In this document: positions 56,201 through 64,000 of the stretch, piece after piece
Layout: each line of letters starts with the position of its first letter
Numbering within the stretch: the stretch's first letter is position 1
DNA from: Octopus vulgaris
Taxonomy: Eukaryota
Assembly (NCBI GenBank): GCA_951406725.2
Contig: OX597825.1
Location: forward strand, 55,862,001 to 55,926,000
Length of the DNA: 64,000 nucleotides
Reading direction: 5' to 3'
Made by a program: the position numbers and the translations under genes
The notes under the pieces: model-generated
What the model was told of the DNA's origin: nothing
Database searches by the model: none
What the model saw: only the letters and a program-made list of their open reading frames with translations

Positions 56201-56270
<70 letters not shown>

Positions 56271-56793
56271 GAGTGAGTAGCTGGCAGAATCATTAGCACG
56301 CCGACGAAAAGCTTAGCGGTATTTCGTCTGCCGCTACGTTCTGAGTTCAAATTCCGTCGAGGTCGACTTTGCCTTTCATTCTTTCGGGGTCGATTAAATA
56401 AGTACCAGTTACGCACTGGGGTCAATATAATCGACTTAGATCGTTTGTCTGTCCTTGTTTTTCCTCTTTGTGTTTAGCCATGCATTTCCATTTCAAAAAG
56501 ATCTTTTCTCTTTTCCTCAGCTCTTTGCTTAAACTCTTCTGTGCCCATCATTTCATCTGCGTTTACACCCATATCCTTCGCGGCATATTACAGTAGGTCT
56601 TCACCGCTATTTATCAAATACTCGGCAAGCATTCTCCTTTCACTCCTTATACAATGGTCTATACAAATTAGTCCTCTGCCACCATTCTTTCTTTTCATAT
56701 ACAGTATGTTTACGTTTGCTTTAGGGTGTAGCGCCACATGCAGTGTCATCAACTTTCTCGTACTTCTATCTAGGGTTGATTATTATTATTATT

Positions 56794-56828
<35 letters not shown>

Positions 56829-56851
56829 TATTACTCATTATTATCATTGCG

Positions 56852-56889
<38 letters not shown>

Positions 56890-57140
56890 ACACCATCTTC
56901 ACCCTTTTTTGATACGCCTCGCTGACGTTGACTTTCATTTCTCTGTACAGAATGTCATCCAGCTCCAAAATCCCTAGATATCTATACACACTACCATCGG
57001 GTTCAACTATGGTCTCTCCTGATGGTAACTGCAATCCTCTGCAGGCTGCTTTCTTCCCACTTTTCATATTAAGTACTGAGCATTTGGTTATCCCAAATCC
57101 CATACCGTTGTCCTTACCACACTGCTGGACTGTTTTGGAG
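55922..57140 (-). mobile_element. R4/Dong-clade non-LTR retrotransposon fragments (RT thumb and restriction-like endonuclease)
   Basis: FGITKCSVLNMKSGK...YRYLGILE (56885-57103); RSTRKLMTLHVALHPKANVNILYMKRKNGG (~56680-56775); PDIVILNKR...IIDAAIP...EKITKY...IGALG (~55922-56150). Confidence 0.8.
56275..56479 (+). mobile_element. SINE family B inside the R4/Dong relic
   Basis: AGCTGGCAGAATCATTAGC...GAGTTCAAATTCC...TGTTTAGCC. Confidence 0.87.
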
Positions 57141-58205
57141 AACGCATTTTACTTAACATCGTAGCATTATTCAGACAAGATGACAAAACATACCTTACAC
57201 CACTGATAGTATCATGGCTGATCTCGATATCCCCAAACAGTACTATAACACCTGTAAGCCATTTAACAAGACGTAAGTACTGATACATATTCCCATAGAC
57301 GTCCAACAATACTTGTCACTAATGTTCAAGTAACTTTTGTCTCTGGAATACTCAGCCATATAGACGGTAATTCATTGAGGACATAATTCTACTGAAATAG
57401 TCATCGTCGAAATCGACACAGATCCATTAGCTATTATATGTGTATATGTGCGTGCGTGACGTTTTTACTTATCCTTTTACGATTAACAATACTAGACTGC
57501 ATAATACAGACCGAAGTATGGGGGTTGGAGTTGTGTGGAATCACGTATATATGGAGCTAAGTAGACCATTAAATCCATACCATGGTTTCACGCTTGCATC
57601 AATGAAGATATCAGGAAGAACTCTCTTCTCTCTCTGTGCCTCTCTCTCTCTTCCTCTCTCCCTCCCTCCCTCCATCCACCCACCTCTCACCTTCTCTCTC
57701 AGTGTCTGTTCTGTTTCTATTTATGTCTTCTTTTCACTCTCTCTCTCTTCCTCCCCTCTCTCTGTCGCTCTCAGTATCTTTGTCTCTGTTTCTGTCCAGC
57801 TCCTCCTCTTCTCTCTATATCTCTATCTCTCTTCCCACTCTCTCTCCCCTTCCCGCTTATGGTTCTCTCTATCTTTTTCCCTATCACTTATTGGACATAT
57901 TCTTAAAGGCATTGTTTAGATTTAATGGTGTACTTACCGAATATGCACGCAAACTCATATAGTGTGTGTGTATGTGTAGGTGCGTACACGCATATATGCA
58001 CACATATGTATGTGCATATATATATATATATATATATATGCATGAACGTATGTATGTATGTATGTATGTATGTATGTATGTATGTATGCATGTACGTATG
58101 TATGTATGTATGTATGTATGTATGCATGCATGTTTGTCGTGTGTAGATAAGCTGTGAATTCAGTACTTAAATATGTAGTTATATTTTCGCATCATATATG
58201 TATAC

Positions 58206-58273
<68 letters not shown>

Positions 58274-58389
58274 GCATTCAAACATACACTTATATGTATA
58301 TGTATGTATTAAATATACATGCATATAATTGTATATACATATATATATACGCATGTAAATATACATATATCTATATCTATCTCTCTATA

Positions 58390-58429
<40 letters not shown>

Positions 58430-58627
58430 AACATACATACACACACACACAGACACTTGCGTGTGATTCAACAAGCGAGTAAAGTATGTATATACTAAAT
58501 GAAAATGATATATTAGTGTACGTATGTGTGTGTGTATGCATGTGTGTGCGTGTGCTTTTATGTATATATGTATCTACCATATCTACATAAATACATACAT
58601 ATATCATTGTATATGCACAATAATTAC

Positions 58628-58678
<51 letters not shown>

Positions 58679-59101
58679 CATCATTATTATAAGCTGAGAT
58701 TATTTGTTCATCCTAACCAGTAGTTTTGCCATTACAATGCTCACACGATGAAGACACAATGCATCGACTGACAAGATATTTTTCCATCAATAAATTAGGA
58801 ACTTACTGTGAGATAAGTATGACAGCAGGAAAGAACGTGACACGTTATGACGAAAATTTGTTGGTGGTTACGAAAATAAATATATATATCATTGCAGAAC
58901 TATAGTAACAAGTCAATAATTTGTAAATTCACGTACTTATGTAAATAAATGACCAAAATTTTACAAACAAATATTGATGTGTTGATATGTATACAATGAT
59001 ATAAATTATGGGAAAGCCATAAAAATAATGAATAAAACGGATGTTAGACTCAATATAAACATTAAAATCACATAAAAGTAATTAATTATAATTAGTAAAT
59101 A

Positions 59102-59169
<68 letters not shown>

Positions 59170-59233
59170 CTGGTTGTGATGGTGGTGGTGGTAGTGATAG
59201 TAAATGGTGTTGGTAGTAGTAGTAGTAGTAGTG

Positions 59234-59313
<80 letters not shown>

Positions 59314-59349
59314 TGTAGTAAACTAGTGACAATACTAAGAAGACTTAAT

Positions 59350-59545
59350 AATAATGAAAATTTTGGCTCAAACTGAAGATAATTTGAGATGAGGGCAAGC
59401 CGATTGCATCGACCCAGTACCTCGCTGGTACTTTATTTTATCGAACCCGAAAATATGAAATGTCTCAGTTGACCTCAGCAGTATTTGTACTCAGAGCATG
59501 AAGAATCAGAGCAAAGGTTGCTAAGCATATTGTACGACGTCTAGT
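59350..59545 (-). mobile_element. Degenerate SINE-B with alternative tail
   Basis: ATCGACCCAGTAC...CTGGTACTTTATTTTATCGA.CCCGAAA...GACCTCAGC. Confidence 0.6.
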
Positions 59546-59659
59546 GATTCTGGGGACGTAAAAAACCAACCCCGTTTTCCAAGCGGAACACTGGGACAAA
59601 AACAGATGCGTGCGCGCACCCACACACACATACATATATGCATACATATATATATTTAT

Positions 59660-59887
59660 ATTTTGTTTGTTCCTTGTCGAGCCACGCCTGGCTCATAAGG
59701 GCCGGTTTCCTGGTTTCCTTGGCGTATAGGTTCCCCACCTGGACGGGACGCCAGTCCGTCGCAGGTGAGCTACAAGATGCAGGAGGAAAGAGTGAGAGAA
59801 AGTTGTGGCGAAAGAGTTAGCAGAAGTTCGCCATTACCTTCTGCCAGATCCCTCGACCGCTGCTCTAACCACTAGGCCATGTGCTTC

Positions 59888-59889
<2 letters not shown>
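59660..59889 (-). mobile_element. SINE with family-C head and Meta-like domain
   Basis: Reverse strand TGGCCTAGTGGTTAGAGCAGC...CCACAACTTTCTCTCACTCTT (shared with 7926-8314), then CCTGCGACGGACTGGCGTCCCGTCCAGG...GGAAACCGG...ATGAGCC..GGCTCG. Confidence 0.7.
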
Positions 59890-59924
<35 letters not shown>

Positions 59925-59955
59925 GTATATATACATACATACATACATACATACA

Positions 59956-59987
<32 letters not shown>

Positions 59988-60065
59988 CATACATACGTAC
60001 GTACATACATACATACATAAATACATACATACATACATACATACATACATACATACATACATACA

Positions 60066-60615
60066 TAGTGGCTGCCCCCTCATTATCGAGTATGGCCATT
60101 GCACGACGCTTAATCAATGTTGTTATCGTGTAATGCCTGTGCAAGAAGATTTTTTTAAAGTGAGGAAAGGCTGTGCACTGAGTCAATCCAACTCACTAAG
60201 CAACAGCAGCCATAATTCGAAAAGAAGAACAAGTCAAAATCATCGGTAACCACTGAGCCGCAGGTTTTATGTCGGAGTTATCCCAGTTACCTGAGTTACC
60301 TTCTCCTAGAAAGATACCCTAACAAAAGCTAGGAGTCCTTCACTCCCAATGGTTTAACCGCGTGATCGGGTATTCAGTCCGATTACTTCTTTGTCCCCGC
60401 GCATGATACAGCCTTAAGAAATTTATTTGATGGCTGTTGACTCTCAAGAGTTCCTCCGCCCTTTGACGGGTTTTGTTTTTCATCCCGCAGGGTGTCCAAT
60501 AAACACCCTCCTCACCAAGCAAGCTTGGTGGCGTTGCCTGTTTAGTCGCCGACGACCCGACCATGCAACAGGTTGTACTGGCTTACATGTTACCAGTAAC
60601 ACTCGAAAGTGACCT
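60066..60615 (-). mobile_element. Probable RTE-derived non-autonomous retroposon with (ATGT)n tail
   Basis: Reverse-strand end GGCCATACTCGATAATGAGGGGGCAGCCACT before (ATGT)n; GGTTTTATGTCGGAG...CCTTCTCCTAGA resembles RTE 5' regions. Confidence 0.45.
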
Positions 60616-60831
60616 GACATCCATCCATCCATACATACATACAGATAGGTAAAATAAATAAAGTAGGGTATCAAAGTACCACTTGGTAGAAAGAGGAGCT
60701 AACACTCCCAAACTACAAATTTCTCACTATCAATAAATACGCATGGTGACTACAACGAATATAATAAAATAGGTTTACCTTGTATAAACTACAAAGCAAG
60801 AAAGAAAGATCCCGGTTACCTACACACACGC

Positions 60832-60868
<37 letters not shown>

Positions 60869-60884
60869 CGCACGCACGCACATC

Positions 60885-61050
60885 GTGTGGCTTTCAGATT
60901 CCGTCTTACATATAAATCTACTCACAAAGCTTTTGTCGGTCGAAGCTATAATACAAGAAACCTTTACCCAAAGGTGCCATGCAGTAGGACTGAATTCAGA
61001 ACTACGTGGTTAGAAAGGAAATTTCTTAGCACGCAGCCATGCCTGCACTT
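60885..61050 (-). mobile_element. SINE family A, 5' half
   Basis: ACTCACAAAGCTTT...AAGGTGCCATGCAGTAGGACTGAA. Confidence 0.75.
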
Positions 61051-61464
61051 GTTTAGTTTTTAATTTATTGTTTGTATATTTTTTAATATATATCCTCTCT
61101 TCTTAAGCACCTTTGAAATGATTTGACCCACGGCGAAATTTATCTTCATCTGTAAACATACTCGATATACTATTACTAACGTTATTGATTAAATTTGTAA
61201 TGATTATATAACGTGTGGTTAGAGTGTATATTAATGTAATATATTTATCTATTAGCTTTCAGGGACGCATGATGCTTACCTGTCTTTAGGTCTAAAGTTA
61301 AGTCTACAATTTTTAAGATACTTGTATCTGTCTGAAAATTAATATTTAAACCAAATACTTTCAAAGTTCCCATACGATCCTTAATTTATGCTAATTAAAC
61401 ATATAATTGATAATTTGTTTACAATTTATATATGCATGTGAATAGATATGTTGTTTTTTTTCTG

Positions 61465-61855
61465 TTTTAGTTTCAGTTCGAGAACTGTGGCCCCACCGCT
61501 GATACCTTTGATACACTTTTACTATGTGAAACTACATCTGATATGTGACATTTGGTCAATGTGGGAGTTTGATGTTACTGCCCTAAACTGTTTTTCCTGG
61601 CGCGAGGTAGATTCATCCGGAACTCCTGACAAGAAGAAATCTAGTTCTGTTTTGAAGATACCTACATTCACCCCATGTAAGTCTTTCAGGCTTTTAGGGA
61701 GGATATTGAGGAGATGTGGTCCATTGAAACCCAAGTTGTTACAACATCTGGTCCTGAATTCATGGTCGGCCCTACATAGTGCCAAAGACAACTTTGACAC
61801 TATGTAGGGCCGACCAATTCAGATGTCCGTGTAACTTTCTATGTCAATGTCCCTA
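61465..61855 (-). mobile_element. 3' end of a CR1/L2-group LINE, same family as 1-295
   Basis: GPHLLNILPKSLKDLHGVNVGIFKTELDFFLSGVPDESTSRQE is nearly colinear with the 86-379 ORF; the UTR ends CTGAAACTA. Confidence 0.82.
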
Positions 61856-62070
61856 TCGAATAGAGTCTTCACTTTTTCAGCCTCTTCTTATGGTAGATGA
61901 CATGTTGCATTGAGACGACCTTTGTGTAGCTTCGTGGAATTGCTTCCAGTTCCGCCAGTTTTACACTGTGCGGTGACCATAGTTGGGAGCAACATTCTAA
62001 ACGGCTGAATACAAATATCTCCCAGAAGACTATCTTGTATGTTTATATATGTTTATACAAAAACAGATTC

Positions 62071-62150
<80 letters not shown>

Positions 62151-62152
<2 letters not shown>

Positions 62153-62285
62153 TTGTTTCAGTCATTTGGCTGCGGCTATGCTGAAGCACCGCATAAAGAG
62201 GGTTTTAGTCGAAGAGATCGACCCCAGGACTCATTCTTTGTAAGTGTAGTACTTATTCTATTGATCTCTTCTATCGAACCACTAG
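62151..62285 (-). mobile_element. SINE family A, 3' part
   Basis: ACTTGTTTCAGTCATTTGGCTGCGGCTATGCTG...ATCGACCCCAGGAC. Confidence 0.8.
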
Positions 62286-62412
62286 TTCATATAGATGCAC
62301 CTCCCGGCTTTTTTAACTCTTGAACATGCAAGATGTAAAAGCTAGCTAGCTAGCTAGAGAAGGGGGAGAGAGAGAGAGAAAGAGAGAAGAGAAGAGAGAG
62401 AGAGAGAGAGAA

Positions 62413-62456
<44 letters not shown>

Positions 62457-62719
62457 TGCACCACAAGTAAACTGGTGATTGTTTTCCATGCAGCAAACCT
62501 GAGCAACTTGAAATGTATTGTATACGCTAAGATAGAACTGGCCATGAATTGAAACCACAGCCTTGAGATTGTGAATCCAACACGCTGGCCACGATGTTCG
62601 GGCAACTTCACTGATACATGCATAGACTCGTAGACTCATGTATATAAACATTCATACATACATCATAAATATATATATACTTATTTGTATGGGTGTGTAT
62701 ATGTGTACACACACGCACT

Positions 62720-63110
62720 GGCTTGCTTACCAACCACATGGTTCCGGGTTCAGTCCCACTGCGTGGCACCTTGGGCATGTGACATCTACTATATCCTCTG
62801 GCCGACCCAAGCCTTGTGAGTGGATTTGGTAGACGGAAACTGAAAGAAACCCGTCGTATATATGTATATATATATGTATGTGTGTGTGTGTTTGTGTGTC
62901 TATGTTTGTTCCCTCAACATCGCTTGACAACCGATGCTGGTGTGTTTATGTCCCTGTAACGTAGTGGTTCGGCAAAAGAGACCGATAGAATAATTACTAG
63001 GCTTACAAAGAATAACTCCTGGGGTCGATTTGCTCGACTAAAGGCGGTGGTCCATCATGGCCACAGTTAATTGACTGAAACAAGTAAAAGAGTAAAAGAG
63101 TATAAAAGAG
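62720..63110 (+). mobile_element. SINE family A, near full length
   Basis: GCTTGCTTACCAACCACATGGTTCCGGGTTCAGTCCC through the (GTAAAAGA)n tail. Confidence 0.92.
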
Positions 63111-63804
63111 ATATATATGTATGTATATATATGTATACATACATATAATTTCCTATTAATTCCTACAGATTTATACATAACATCAGATGAAATAAGTATG
63201 GATTGATGTTATACAAGGAGTATATCCATACATATATGTATGTGTGTGTGTGTGTGTGTGTGTGTATTTGAGAGGAAAATGGATACATTTTATGGAGGCT
63301 TCTAAGGATTTAAAAATATATTTAAATAATTGAAAATATTCATGTTGCCTTATCACAGCACGTTTCCTTAATACCATGCTTTTGCTGGTTCTGTATTCGC
63401 CGGTGTCTCTCTTTGTACATGTTAGCGAAGTAATTGATATATGTGTCAACATTGAATAAGAACGCATTTGAATCTTCCGAGTCTACAAGTATCAGCTTAT
63501 TTCGTCAAGAGCAGCAGTAGCAGCATAAGCAACAACCGCAGTAGTGGCAGCAGCATATGTCGATGTGTAGGGCATGAGCGTGTAGTATTTGTAAACTAAG
63601 CCCAGTAATTTGAAACATCCATCTTATATTTCCGTTTACACCTTTCGTTTATTTTCATCTCTGTGCGTGCATATATGTAAACGCGGTTATGTGTGGTTGT
63701 ATGTCTTAATGGCAGTGTATGTGCGTAGTGTACCTATGCATGTGTACAGTTATGTTTATATGTGTGCCCGTTATAAACGGAGCATGTGACATGATTTAAG
63801 CTGT

Positions 63805-63837
<33 letters not shown>

Positions 63838-64000
63838 TGCAGTGTTCAATCGCTTGTGTATGTATATGCATATGTGTGTGTGTGTGCACGCGCTCGTCTG
63901 TGTGTTTGTGGGTACAGGAAGTATGGTAAACGTTCAGCTTTTAACCACAACTAAGTAGAATGAATGTGTGTGTATATGTGCGTGCGTGTGTGTGTATGTG

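Overview
Eukaryotic, extremely microsatellite- and transposon-rich DNA. The SINE families and repeat landscape most resemble a coleoid cephalopod (Octopus-type) intron or intergenic region; this is inferred from the repeats, not from a search. I recognise no host protein-coding gene, and almost all listed ORFs are microsatellite translations. Supported content: a near-complete mariner, an internally deleted mariner and two mariner MITEs; a Tc1-like relic; a hAT MITE with an 8-bp TSD; two copies of a non-autonomous Helitron; CR1/L2-group, R4/Dong and RTE-type LINE fragments; Penelope-like ends; a 5S rRNA copy; and at least three tRNA-derived SINE families (called A, B and C here). The most unusual structure is the Helitron at 14.3-17.2 kb. 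It carries an intact 454-aa CCHC (gag/LINE-ORF1-like) ORF with no ORF2, whose 3' end matches the SINE-B tail, plus a paralogous ORF1 fragment partly shared with the second Helitron copy at 44.7-45.8 kb. Also notable: a SINE-A/LINE shared 3' tail and a 5S copy lying 11 nt upstream of a full SINE. Boundaries of degenerate elements are approximate.
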